NCBI GenBank assembly: GCA_023387375.1
Contig: JAEWIE010000040.1
Location: forward strand, 41,993-105,992
Length of the DNA stretch: 64,000 nucleotides
Direction of reading: 5' to 3'
DNA from: Bacteroidota bacterium
GTDB taxonomy: Bacteria > Bacteroidota > Bacteroidia > Flavobacteriales > Weeksellaceae
Part shown: piece after piece, positions 48,904 through 58,772 of the stretch
How the letters are laid out: each line of letters begins with the position of its first letter
How positions within the stretch are numbered: position 1 is the stretch's first letter
Position numbers and translations under genes: made by a program
Notes under the pieces: model-generated
What the model saw: the letters and a program-made list of their open reading frames with translations, nothing else
What the model was told of the DNA's origin: nothing
Database searches by the model: none

Positions 48904-48911
48904 TAGATTTG
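48904..48911 (+). promoter_or_regulatory. -7 promoter box (TAnnTTTG) upstream of rho
   Basis: TAGATTTG lies 89 nt upstream of the rho ATG, which implies a long leader. Confidence 0.35.
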
Positions 48912-48999
48912 CACAATAATTGATTCTATGCATTAGCCATTCTGGCTATGTTCTTTTATTACACAAACTCACTTAGAAACACATTTTACTCAACACTTT

Positions 49000-50823
49000 A
49001 TGTTCAACATTGAAATGTTAAGGTCAAAATCCGATTCGGAATTGACACTTATACTTAAAGAATTCGGTATTAAAATCGCTAAATCAGCAACCGAAAACGA
49101 CAAAATATTTGCAATACTTGACTTCCAGGCTTCTAATCCTAAAATTGCAAAAGACTATTACTCCTCCACTTTACCAGCGCAAAGCGTCGCAGAACCTAGC
49201 GCTACAACTAAGGCTGTCGCTGAAAAGCCTGCTGCTAAGAAGACACCGGCAAAGACCGTAAAAAAAGCAACGGCCGCTAAAAAACAGGCTCAAGTACAAG
49301 ATGCTCCACAAGAAGCTGTGGAGGTACTCGAAGAGCAACCAGCGTTGGAAGCACAAGAGACTCCGACAGCAAAACCAAGTAAAGTGGCAAAAAAACCGAC
49401 TACTCAACTTAGAGCAAAACGAAAGACAGAGGATGCGAAAGCTCCGATTTCTGATCCTGCCACTGAGGAAGCTTTACCAGCAAAAGCCAATACTTCCTTG
49501 TCTACTGAGAAACCAAATCCTGTAAAGGCTGACGGCACACAAAACCAGGAAGAAACGAAAGAGAGAAGATCACAGAACGCTTCTACTCCACAGGGCCAGA
49601 AAAGCGCGACTCATCGTGGAAACACTCAAAGAGCCAACAACAATAACAATCATAACCATTCCCACAAAAGCAATCACGAATCAGAAGAATCGAAGAAGGA
49701 GTTTAATTTCGACGGGCTCGTAACCATCGAAGGTGTCCTTGAGATTCTACCTGACAACTACGGATTCCTTCGTTCATCTGATTTTTCCTATATCTCGTCA
49801 CCAGACGATGTTTACGTATCGACCACTCAAATTCGTAACTACGGTTTGAAAACAGGAGATACCGTAAAAGGTATTGTAAGACTTCCTAAGGAAGGAGAAA
49901 AGTATTTCTCTTTGAAAAAGCCTTTAGAAGTGAACGGTAGAGATCTTGATTTTATCAAAGACCGTGTTGCTTTTGAATATTTAACTCCTTTATTTCCAGA
50001 AGAGAAATTTAATTTAGCAGGAAAAGGATCAACGATATCCACGCGGATTGTAGACCTGTTTGCACCTATCGGAAAAGGCCAAAGAGCGATGATTGTCGCC
50101 CAACCGAAGACGGGTAAAACCATGCTTTTAAAAGACATTGCAAATGCAATTTCAGCAAATCACCCTGAGGCCTACATGATGGTTCTTTTAATTGATGAGC
50201 GACCTGAAGAAGTTACAGATATGGAGCGTAGCGTCAATGCAGAAGTAATCGCCTCCACCTTTGACGAGGCCGCAGACAAACATGTGAAAGTTGCAAACCT
50301 TGTACTTGCGAAAGCACAAAGACTAGTGGAATGCGGACATGATGTTGTGATTCTATTAGACTCTATTACAAGGCTTGCGAGAGCTTACAATACCGTTACA
50401 CCTGCTTCCGGTAAAGTTCTTTCGGGTGGGGTGGATGCCAACGCGCTTCACAAACCTAAAAGATTCTTCGGAGCCGCTAGAAACATTGAAGGAGGTGGAT
50501 CGTTAACCATTATTGCAACGGCTCTTATTGATACAGGTTCCAAAATGGATGAAGTTATTTTCGAAGAATTCAAAGGAACAGGAAACATGGAGCTTCAACT
50601 GGATCGTAAAATTGCGAACAAGAGAATTTATCCTGCCATTGATCTGGTTTCCTCTAGTACCAGAAAAGACGATTTACTCTTGTCCGACATAACCACTCAG
50701 CGTATGTGGATTTTAAGAAAATACTTGTCCGATATGAACCCATTGGAAGCCATGGACTTTGTTGAGAAAAACATCAAAGGAACCCTATCGAACGAAGAGT
50801 TCTTAATGTCTATGAATCGTTAA
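49000..50823 (+). CDS. rho: transcription termination factor Rho with a long N-terminal low-complexity insertion
   Basis: Rho_N-like first 50 aa. RNA-binding core [14 protein letters not shown]. Walker [10 protein letters not shown]-terminal RecA-like domain. 607 aa. Confidence 0.96.
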   Translation: MFNIEMLRSKSDSELTLILKEFGIKIAKSATENDKIFAILDFQASNPKIAKDYYSSTLPAQSVAEPSATTKAVAEKPAAKKTPAKTVKKATAAKKQAQVQDAPQEAVEVLEEQPALEAQETPTAKPSKVAKKPTTQLRAKRKTEDAKAPISDPATEEALPAKANTSLSTEKPNPVKADGTQNQEETKERRSQNASTPQGQKSATHRGNTQRANNNNNHNHSHKSNHESEESKKEFNFDGLVTIEGVLEILPDNYGFLRSSDFSYISSPDDVYVSTTQIRNYGLKTGDTVKGIVRLPKEGEKYFSLKKPLEVNGRDLDFIKDRVAFEYLTPLFPEEKFNLAGKGSTISTRIVDLFAPIGKGQRAMIVAQPKTGKTMLLKDIANAISANHPEAYMMVLLIDERPEEVTDMERSVNAEVIASTFDEAADKHVKVANLVLAKAQRLVECGHDVVILLDSITRLARAYNTVTPASGKVLSGGVDANALHKPKRFFGAARNIEGGGSLTIIATALIDTGSKMDEVIFEEFKGTGNMELQLDRKIANKRIYPAIDLVSSSTRKDDLLLSDITTQRMWILRKYLSDMNPLEAMDFVEKNIKGTLSNEEFLMSMNR

Positions 50824-50956
50824 GATCTTATTGGTCGATCTTTCTAGCTATCATTATCCAACTTTTCGATGTTAAAGATTTATTAAAAGCATAAAATCGA
50901 TTAGGGATATGCACAATTTTTGCATATATTAGACTAATTAACCAAAAAATACAATT

Positions 50957-51553
50957 ATGTCATTCGAGTTACCAAAATTAAGCTATGCTTATGATGCTTT
51001 AGAACCTACCATTGATGCAAAAACAATGGAAATTCACTATACGAAACACCACCAAGGGTACGTGAACAATTTAAACAATGCTATTGCTGGAACAGATTTA
51101 GAAGGAAAAACAATTGAAGAAATTTGCAAAACAGGAACAGACAAAGCCGCTGTTAGAAATAACGGAGGAGGTCATTTTAATCACTCTTTGTTCTGGGAAG
51201 TAATGACCCCAGGAGGAAGCAGCGAGCCTGTAGGAAATGTAAAAAGCCAAATAGAAGCTTACGGTGGATTTGAAAAATTAAAAAATGATTTTTCAGAAGC
51301 GGCTAAAACTAGATTTGGATCTGGTTGGGCTTGGGTATGCAAAAAAGAGGACGGATCACTTCAAGTGTGCTCTACTCCTAACCAAGACAACCCATTAATG
51401 CCACAAGCTGACTGCAAAGGAACACCTGTATTAGGATTAGATGTTTGGGAACACGCTTATTACCTGAACTACCAAAACAGAAGGCCTGATTATGTAACTG
51501 CATTCTTCAATGTAATCAATTGGGACAAAGTAGAGGAACTTTACAACAAGTAA
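50957..51553 (+). CDS. superoxide dismutase (Fe/Mn family)
   Basis: [19 protein letters not shown] and DVWEHAYYL motifs. Confidence 0.95.
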   Translation: MSFELPKLSYAYDALEPTIDAKTMEIHYTKHHQGYVNNLNNAIAGTDLEGKTIEEICKTGTDKAAVRNNGGGHFNHSLFWEVMTPGGSSEPVGNVKSQIEAYGGFEKLKNDFSEAAKTRFGSGWAWVCKKEDGSLQVCSTPNQDNPLMPQADCKGTPVLGLDVWEHAYYLNYQNRRPDYVTAFFNVINWDKVEELYNK

Positions 51554-51566
51554 ACCTTATTATTGC

Positions 51567-51606
51567 AAAAGGGCGACTTTGAATTTTCGAAGTCGCCCTT
51601 TTTTAT
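51567..51606. terminator. bidirectional intrinsic terminator between sod and the GH3 gene
   Basis: 11-bp stem AAGGGCGACTT (51569-51579) / AAGTCGCCCTT (51590-51600), flanked by an A-run and a T-run. Confidence 0.8.
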
Positions 51607-51626
51607 TGTCTATTTGCACGTAACTC

Positions 51627-53141
51627 TTATGCATTGAGGCTCAATAGAGTTTCCATATACTCTCTTTCATTGCTTAAACGAGGAACTTTGTTTTGTCCCC
51701 CTAATTTACCTCGGTTAGACATCCACTCATAAAAGAGACCTTCTTTTGCGACGTGAATCACAGGCGCTTTAAGGGTAATGTCTTTGTAGCGTTTCGCTTC
51801 ATAATCCGAATTGAGTGACTGCAATTGTTTATCAAAACAGTCTGTAAAGTAAGACAAATCCTTTGGTTTTACCGCAAACTCAATAATCCATTCGTGGGCA
51901 CCAGATCCCTGATCTGACATGTAAATAGGAGCGCCCGTAAATTCTTTCACTTGTGCTCCACAAGCCTCACAAACTCGGCTTAACGCAGTCTCTACATTGT
52001 CAATCATTAGCTCTTCTCCGAAGGCATTGATATAATGTTTGGTTCTGCCTGAAACCTGGATTCGAAAGGGACTAAGCGAAGTAAATCGAACGGTATCGCC
52101 AATTAAATAACGCCAAAGTCCTCCATTGGTTGAAATGACTAAGGCATAATTCTTTCCAATTTCGACCTGGGAAAGAGTTAGCACCTTTGGATCGGGCTTT
52201 CCAAACTCTTCCATGGGAATAAACTCATAGAATATTCCGTAATCAAGCATGAGGAGCATTTCATCGCTATTAGGCCTATCTTGAATGGCGAAAAATCCTT
52301 CCGAAGCATTGTATATTTCGTAGTAATTCACTTGGCGACCGACAATTTGATTGTATTGTTCACGATAAGGCTTAAAGCTAATTCCGCCGTGAAAAAAGAC
52401 TTCCAAATTAGGCCAAAGCTCAGTCAAGTTCTTTGCCCCTGTTTCTTTCAAAATTCGATTAAGAAGAACCATCATCCAACTAGGCACGCCTGTGAGGCTT
52501 CCCACATCCTGGTGCTTTACTTCTGAAATAATCGCTTCTAATTTCGTTTCCCATTCAGACATGAGTGAAACCTTTCGACTGGGTACGGTCGTAATATCCA
52601 CCCAAACTGGTAGGTTCTCAATTAAGATTGCGGAGAGGTCTCCATACTTCGAATTAAAATCTTCGTAACGCTCTGCACTTCCGCCTAATTTTAGATTTTT
52701 GTTGGAAAACAGTTGGTTTTCAGGATGATTGTTCGCATAAATCGAAATCAAGTCCTTTCCTGCCTTAAAATGGCAATGCTCTAAGCTTTCCTCCGTAATA
52801 GGAATGTATTTACTTTTTGCATTGGTGGTCCCCGAAGACTTGGCAAAATGCCTTACAGCACCTGGCCAAAGCACATTCTTTTCTCCTCTTCTTGCCCGCT
52901 CAATATAAGGCTCAATCTGCTCGTAGGAAACAATGGGAACTCGCTTTTGAAAATCTTCAATAGTTCCAATCCGGTTAAACCCATACTCTTTTCCATAAAC
53001 CGTCTCCTCAGCCATATACAACTGAGAAAACAAAACTCCACTTTGAGTTTCGATGGGATCCTTAATGAAATTTTGAATGTTATCAATTCTTTGTTTAATG
53101 AACCAGTTCACTAAAGAATTGAATAAAGCCTTGGTTGCCAT
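51627..53141 (-). CDS. GH3 auxin-responsive promoter family protein (acyl-adenylate-forming enzyme fold)
   Basis: FAKSSGTT (P-loop-like), YNASEG and a length of about 500 aa. Start set to the ATG at 53141. Confidence 0.8.
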   Translation of the reverse strand: MATKALFNSLVNWFIKQRIDNIQNFIKDPIETQSGVLFSQLYMAEETVYGKEYGFNRIGTIEDFQKRVPIVSYEQIEPYIERARRGEKNVLWPGAVRHFAKSSGTTNAKSKYIPITEESLEHCHFKAGKDLISIYANNHPENQLFSNKNLKLGGSAERYEDFNSKYGDLSAILIENLPVWVDITTVPSRKVSLMSEWETKLEAIISEVKHQDVGSLTGVPSWMMVLLNRILKETGAKNLTELWPNLEVFFHGGISFKPYREQYNQIVGRQVNYYEIYNASEGFFAIQDRPNSDEMLLMLDYGIFYEFIPMEEFGKPDPKVLTLSQVEIGKNYALVISTNGGLWRYLIGDTVRFTSLSPFRIQVSGRTKHYINAFGEELMIDNVETALSRVCEACGAQVKEFTGAPIYMSDQGSGAHEWIIEFAVKPKDLSYFTDCFDKQLQSLNSDYEAKRYKDITLKAPVIHVAKEGLFYEWMSNRGKLGGQNKVPRLSNEREYMETLLSLNA

Positions 53142-53239
53142 AGGTAACAAAAATAGAAAATTTTTAAATCTAATAAAATCCTTAAATGAAATTTGTAACA
53201 AAAAAAAGAACTATGCGTCTAATTTGTATAAAAGCAATC

Positions 53240-54553
53240 ATGAGAAAACTGCTCCTCGCCGCCATGGCCTTTATCGCAACCTACAGTTTTGGCCAAAAGA
53301 AATGGTCTTTGCAAGAGTGCGTCACTTACGCCTTGGAGAATAATCTGCAAGTCCTCAGCAACCAATACAACCAAGATATTCAAGAGCTAAACTTAGAAAC
53401 CTCAAAAAAGCAAAAGCTTCCAGGTGTTTCTGCTTCGCTTTCCAACAATCTTAGTTTTGGGCAGCAGCGTTATGTAAATCTAGTGCAGAGAAATGACAAC
53501 TTTAATAACAGCGCGAACTTAAGTGCTGATGTTCTTCTGTACAACCACAATAGGCTCGATAAATCTGTTCAGAAAGCTTCCTATGAGCTCGATGCAAGCC
53601 GTTACGATGTAGAGACCATTAAGAATAATATCGCTTTGCAAATTGCAGAGCAATACTTGACCATCCTACTGAACAAAGAAATTGTAGCCATCAACCAAAG
53701 CGCACTGGAAAATGCGACCTATTTGTATGATCGAGCCAAAATAACCACAGAGGTCGGTACTACGGCTCAAATCGTACTTGCTGAGGCCCAAGCTTCCATG
53801 GCAAGGGAAAAGCAAAATGTAATTACAGCCGAAGTCAATGTGAACCGCGCTTTATTTAATTTGGCACAGCTCCTCCAATTAAAAGACTATAAAGATTTTG
53901 ACATCGAAAATGTGGTCTTAGAAAGTGAGCTAAATGCTCCTTTGATTGCAGGAGAAACGATCGTGCAAACAGCCTATGAAAGTCAACCCGAGATCAAAGC
54001 AGCTCAGTACAGAATCAAGGCCGCGAAAGAACAGACCGAAATTACCAAAACGGCTTTCTATCCAACTGTAAGTCTAAGCGCAGGCCTTGGTACATTCTAT
54101 TTCAACCAGCTAAACCAAGGACAAGACACCACGTTCTTTAAACAATACTCAGATAACTTCGGACAGCAGATTGGTCTTAGCGCAAACATCCCAATCTTTA
54201 ACAAGGGGATCACTAAATTGCAAGTGGAACAAGCGAAAATCAATGAAAGCATTGCGCAAAACACGCTTCTACAACAAAAGGAAACAGTCAAAAAAAATGT
54301 GCAACTTGCGCAATTTGACGCAGAAAGCAATTACGAAAGCTATCTTGCAGCCTTAGAAGCGGAAAGAAGTTCTGCACTGGCATTGGATTTTGCGGAGAAA
54401 AGCTATGAGGCCGGAAAAAGCACGATTTACGACTTAAACAATGCTAGAAATAGCAGCGCTAATGCTAAAGGATCGGTCGCGCAGGCCAAATATAATTATT
54501 TATTTAGCCTCAAACTTCTGAATTTCTACCAAGGGATTCCAATCACTCTGTAA
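53240..54553 (+). CDS. TolC family outer membrane efflux protein
   Basis: Signal peptide MRKLLLAAMAFIATYSFGQ. Two repeated alpha/beta halves with the TolC-like start LQECVTYALENNLQV. Confidence 0.85.
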   Translation: MRKLLLAAMAFIATYSFGQKKWSLQECVTYALENNLQVLSNQYNQDIQELNLETSKKQKLPGVSASLSNNLSFGQQRYVNLVQRNDNFNNSANLSADVLLYNHNRLDKSVQKASYELDASRYDVETIKNNIALQIAEQYLTILLNKEIVAINQSALENATYLYDRAKITTEVGTTAQIVLAEAQASMAREKQNVITAEVNVNRALFNLAQLLQLKDYKDFDIENVVLESELNAPLIAGETIVQTAYESQPEIKAAQYRIKAAKEQTEITKTAFYPTVSLSAGLGTFYFNQLNQGQDTTFFKQYSDNFGQQIGLSANIPIFNKGITKLQVEQAKINESIAQNTLLQQKETVKKNVQLAQFDAESNYESYLAALEAERSSALALDFAEKSYEAGKSTIYDLNNARNSSANAKGSVAQAKYNYLFSLKLLNFYQGIPITL

Positions 54554-54689
54554 AGTACAAACTCTTTTATTCTTTGACTTTTGAACAAAAGCTTCCTTTT
54601 GGGAAAATCAGCTTTCGCGCTCGAATTCATTTTGAATTTGAGACTGCAAAACAATTCCTAAATTAGCACAAACGAAACAAAAAGATATT

Positions 54690-55286
54690 TTGCTTGATTC
54701 ATTACAATCCAGACTCCCATTGGGCGCTGTTCCACTTCTACAAAAGTGGATCGAGGGATATCCGCTTCGCCTAACGGTAACAAAAAAGCGTACCTCAAAA
54801 TTAGGAGATTACCGTAAGGCTCAAAATGGACAACATCAAATTTCTATTAATGGAAACCTGGAGCCCGATCTTTTTTTCTTGGTTTTTACTCATGAAATCG
54901 CACATCTTCTTGCATTTGAACGCTATTCTCGTCGTATTGCCCCCCATGGGATGGAATGGAAAATTACCTTTGGCAAAATGATTTTGGAATCCATTGATCT
55001 ATACCCCCACAATCTACAACGGATTCTTTTGCCCTTCGCAAGAAGTCCGAAAGCTAATTTCATGGCTTCACCAGATTTAGTGAAGTACTTTGAAAGCCCC
55101 GATCCCACCAGTACAAAAACCTATGTGGAAAACCTTCAACCTCAAGATAAGTTTGAATTTAAAGGTCAAAGCTATCTTCTAAAGAAGAAGATGAAAAAGA
55201 ATTATCTTTGTGAGCAACTTGGCACGGGGAGACTCTATAAATTCAGTGCCCTTGCCAAGGTTGAAAAATTAAAATTACATGAATAA
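54690..55286 (+). CDS. SprT-like zinc metalloprotease domain protein
   Basis: HEIAHL zinc motif in SprT-like context (KRTSKLGDYR...). TTG start. Confidence 0.7.
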   Translation: MLDSLQSRLPLGAVPLLQKWIEGYPLRLTVTKKRTSKLGDYRKAQNGQHQISINGNLEPDLFFLVFTHEIAHLLAFERYSRRIAPHGMEWKITFGKMILESIDLYPHNLQRILLPFARSPKANFMASPDLVKYFESPDPTSTKTYVENLQPQDKFEFKGQSYLLKKKMKKNYLCEQLGTGRLYKFSALAKVEKLKLHE

Positions 55287-56361
55287 ATCAAATTTGTACT
55301 GCGTGATTATGGCCGGAGGAATCGGAAGTCGGTTCTGGCCTATGAGTACAACCAAATATCCAAAACAATTTCAAGATATTCTAGGCACGGGTCGAACCAT
55401 GATTCAACAGACCTATGACCGAATTAGTGAATTATTTCCTGCGGAAAACATATTTGTGGTCACAAGCAAAGAATATCTAGAGCTCACCTATGCGCAATTG
55501 CCAGAGATCAATCCCAATCATATTGTGGGTGAACCTATGATGAAAAATACGGCCGCGTGCAATCTCTATATGGCCAACAAGATTTCAGAGATCAACCCAG
55601 AGGCACAACTGGTCGTCCTTCCAGCAGATCATTTAATCTTAAAAGAAGCTCGCTTTCAAGAAAAAATCACTCTTGCGCTTTCTCTCGTTCAACAGAACGA
55701 TTATCTAATCACCTTAGGGATTAAGCCTACACGGCCCGATACCGGCTATGGGTATATTCAATACTTAAGCGAAGAAAACAAATCGATTTTTAAAGTAAAA
55801 ACCTTTACTGAAAAACCCAACCTAGAAATCGCAAAAGCCTTTCTAGAAAGTGGAGATTTTCTTTGGAACGCGGGAATCTTTGTCTGGAGCGTAAAGTCCA
55901 TTAAAAATGCCTTTGAGAAGTATCTACCTGAAATGGTTCAACAGTTCAATTACTGCGAGTACAACTCACAAAAGGAAGAGCATTGTATTGAGGAAATTTA
56001 CCCAAAGCTCACAAAAATTTCCATTGACAATGGGATTTTAGAAAAAGCAAAAAATGTGCATGTCATCCCTGCTGATCTTGGATGGAGTGATCTCGGCACG
56101 TGGACTTCTGTCTATCAAAACGCTGCAAAAGACGACCAAAACAACGCGGTGAATTCGAAGAACATCCTCAGTTACAACTCGAAAGGAAACGTTGTCCGCC
56201 TAAAAAGTAAAAACAAAGCGGCTATTATTGACGGTCTGAAAAATTACATAGTGGTAGACACAGACAAAGCGCTTCTTATTTGCCCTCGGGACCACGATCA
56301 ATTAATCAAAGATTATGTTCAGGATTTAAAGAACCTGAAAAAAGGGGATCGCTTTATGTAA
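55279..56361 (+). CDS. mannose-1-phosphate guanylyltransferase
   Basis: N-terminal nucleotidyltransferase motif VIMAGGIGSRFWPMS. 360 aa. Confidence 0.88.
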   Translation: MNKSNLYCVIMAGGIGSRFWPMSTTKYPKQFQDILGTGRTMIQQTYDRISELFPAENIFVVTSKEYLELTYAQLPEINPNHIVGEPMMKNTAACNLYMANKISEINPEAQLVVLPADHLILKEARFQEKITLALSLVQQNDYLITLGIKPTRPDTGYGYIQYLSEENKSIFKVKTFTEKPNLEIAKAFLESGDFLWNAGIFVWSVKSIKNAFEKYLPEMVQQFNYCEYNSQKEEHCIEEIYPKLTKISIDNGILEKAKNVHVIPADLGWSDLGTWTSVYQNAAKDDQNNAVNSKNILSYNSKGNVVRLKSKNKAAIIDGLKNYIVVDTDKALLICPRDHDQLIKDYVQDLKNLKKGDRFM

Positions 56362-56370
56362 AGCTATTTT

Positions 56371-57480
56371 CTAATTAAGAAAAGGCTTAATCTGTTTCTT
56401 ACTGTTGTTCTTTGGAACTCCTTTCTCGCCAAGACTATAAGTGAATCCAATTCCCAACGTCTGTTTAAGCTGGGTTTTTTGAATCTGGTCATGGTCATAA
56501 AGAATATCAAGTCCCACAATTGCAGATACAAATTGATTGAACTTAAGGTTTAATACAGCCGAATAGTTCACATCGACCCTTTCAAAATGACTCAGATAAT
56601 TGGAGAAAAAGTTGAGTTGATTGTTTAGGTAGATATCTTTGTAAATCTTAAGTCGATATAAAAAGTTTACATTGGTCCCCAGCTCGGTACGTACGCTCTG
56701 CCCATCCTCTTCTAAACCGTACTTCCCGGCCACTTGCAAATCAGGGTCCAAAACAAACGTGAATTTCCCATTAATTGGTCTTACAATCACTTGGAAATTT
56801 TCATTTGGATTGTAAGAAATCCCGAGCCCTAAGTTCAAATAACCGGGCGCCATGAAGCGAGAGATTCGATCTTCGTAAGTTGGATCTGGTGTTTCCGAAT
56901 AATTATATCCTGGCGTAAATTGAGAAAGCAACTGATACCCCGCAGAAAGGTAGTAGTTTCGTCCTAGTTCATATCCGTAATTCGTGGCAATGTTGATAAA
57001 GTCTTCCGTCTTACGAGTACTTTGTCCATCGGTTGCAACAAATCCGAAACCAAAGGAAAATAAATTCTCCAAATAATGTCGGTTGTTTTTATAACTGAGA
57101 TTGTAATTTACTTTTCCAAGGACTCCCATGTTGTTGTTCCCTCCCGAATTCCAATTCGAAAATGAGGCTTGGTTAAAATGCAAATTGTTTTGTCCAAAAA
57201 AGAACCAACGTTTTTCTTGCTGATAATTAATCAAATTAAATGGCGTCATTGGAATTTCTGTGGAAACTTGAGGAATAATAATCTCATCACGAATGACCAA
57301 GGTATCGGTTTCAACAACTTCAATGCCCTCTAGCACAGGATTAGCAAGCGAATCTAAATTCGGTTGCATCTTAAGCCAGTTCAAGTAGGAAAGGGAATCC
57401 AATTTCTTTTGTGTCTCAGTGCGCTGTGCGTGAAAACCTGCGGTAGTGAAAAGAATCACCAATAAAACTAATCGCTTCAA
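56371..57480 (-). CDS. DUF3078 domain-containing outer membrane protein
   Basis: Signal peptide and beta-strand-rich sequence (alternating aromatic pattern). The family name is from memory. Confidence 0.6.
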   Translation of the reverse strand: MKRLVLLVILFTTAGFHAQRTETQKKLDSLSYLNWLKMQPNLDSLANPVLEGIEVVETDTLVIRDEIIIPQVSTEIPMTPFNLINYQQEKRWFFFGQNNLHFNQASFSNWNSGGNNNMGVLGKVNYNLSYKNNRHYLENLFSFGFGFVATDGQSTRKTEDFINIATNYGYELGRNYYLSAGYQLLSQFTPGYNYSETPDPTYEDRISRFMAPGYLNLGLGISYNPNENFQVIVRPINGKFTFVLDPDLQVAGKYGLEEDGQSVRTELGTNVNFLYRLKIYKDIYLNNQLNFFSNYLSHFERVDVNYSAVLNLKFNQFVSAIVGLDILYDHDQIQKTQLKQTLGIGFTYSLGEKGVPKNNSKKQIKPFLN

Positions 57481-57646
57481 TTGTACGGTTGTTAGAAATT
57501 ATATACTTTGAGCCTGCAATTTATTGAAAAACTTAAGAAAAATAAAAATTATTGCCTTTTTGTCTCGATTTTAAAGAAATTGAACTGATTTTTAATCGTA
57601 ATTTAGACAGGAATTAAATTAGCATTCTTTTTGACTTAATCCCTTC

Positions 57647-58423
57647 ATGCAAAATAACTCTCCCTTACAAATCGATGCATTGGTGTTTCCCGTGCTACTG
57701 CTCCTGGGGATGTGGGTGGGATACCTATTTCAATATCTAAATTTGGTGCCCGACTGTTTTGGAGCTATTATCCCATTATTGCCTGAAGGTTTAAAAGGAG
57801 TCTTTTTAAGTCCTTTGCTGCACGGAAGCATGGAACACTTACTGAGCAACTCTCTTCCCATTCTAATTCTCTCTTTTTTACTCTATCAATTTTATCCGAG
57901 AATTGCACATCGAACTCTGTTAATTGGATGGATTACGACGGGTCTTGTTGTATGGCTTTTGCCCCCAGTGGATATTTATACAGGACTTAGTTTTAGCTAC
58001 TCTTGCATCATTGGAGCGAGTGGAATTGTTTACTTACTTGCCTTCTTTCTCTTTTTTAGTGGAGTTTTTCGTTGGGATTTAAAATTACTTGCGGTAAGCC
58101 TCGCTGTTGCATTCTATTACGGAAGCCTTATCTGGGGGATATTTCCCGAGGAATATTTCCATCATTTAGAGACTCCTAGCCGCGTTTCGTGGCAATCTCA
58201 CTTAGCAGGCGCAGTCGTAGGCCTCGTTCTTGCATTCCTCATGAGACGATCTGGAGAAAGAAAAAAGAAGTTCTTATGGCAATACCCTAATTACTATAGT
58301 GAGAAAGACGATAGACTCTGGCAAGAATACATCCAAAAGCATCCGGAAGATTTTGAGGAAATGCCCCAAAAAAAGAAAGACCCGATATGGGAACGGCTAG
58401 AAGAACTTCGTAACAAAAATTAG
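57647..58423 (+). CDS. rhomboid family protein (second copy in the window)
   Basis: Polytopic protein with LHGSMEHLLSNS, catalytic-like GASGIVY and HLAGAVVG. Confidence 0.75.
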   Translation: MQNNSPLQIDALVFPVLLLLGMWVGYLFQYLNLVPDCFGAIIPLLPEGLKGVFLSPLLHGSMEHLLSNSLPILILSFLLYQFYPRIAHRTLLIGWITTGLVVWLLPPVDIYTGLSFSYSCIIGASGIVYLLAFFLFFSGVFRWDLKLLAVSLAVAFYYGSLIWGIFPEEYFHHLETPSRVSWQSHLAGAVVGLVLAFLMRRSGERKKKFLWQYPNYYSEKDDRLWQEYIQKHPEDFEEMPQKKKDPIWERLEELRNKN

Positions 58424-58743
58424 TGTTTTAGGCTGCTTTTCATTAGTCAATAAGAAAAAATTCAATTAAACTTATGAACCTATTGAAAAAGCGCTAAATT
58501 AGAATGAAAATATTAGGTTTTACTTAATTTCGAACTTGCCTTGCGATTTTCTTTTCAAATTTTGGTGTTTATTTGAGTTACTTTCGTTCTAATGGCATTT
58601 ACAACTATGCATGAATTAAGGCAAAACTCAAAAACAATAATGAAAACTGATCGTCATTTTAGCATACAAGTAGGCCCTTAACCTCATTTGAATAAATTTC
58701 CCGCAAATGGGAATTGTTCCCTTGTGAGGTTTAAAAATAAAAT

Positions 58744-58751
58744 TAAATTTG
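58744..58751 (+). promoter_or_regulatory. -7 promoter box (TAnnTTTG) upstream of gdhA
   Basis: TAAATTTG lies 22 nt upstream of the ATG at 58773. Confidence 0.4.
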
Positions 58752-58772
58752 TTTACACTAATTTTCATCATT

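Noticed and set aside
50824-50850. Weak hairpin AAGATC...GATCTT after rho as a terminator
   Set aside because: The stem is only 6 bp with no clear T-run, which is too weak to annotate.
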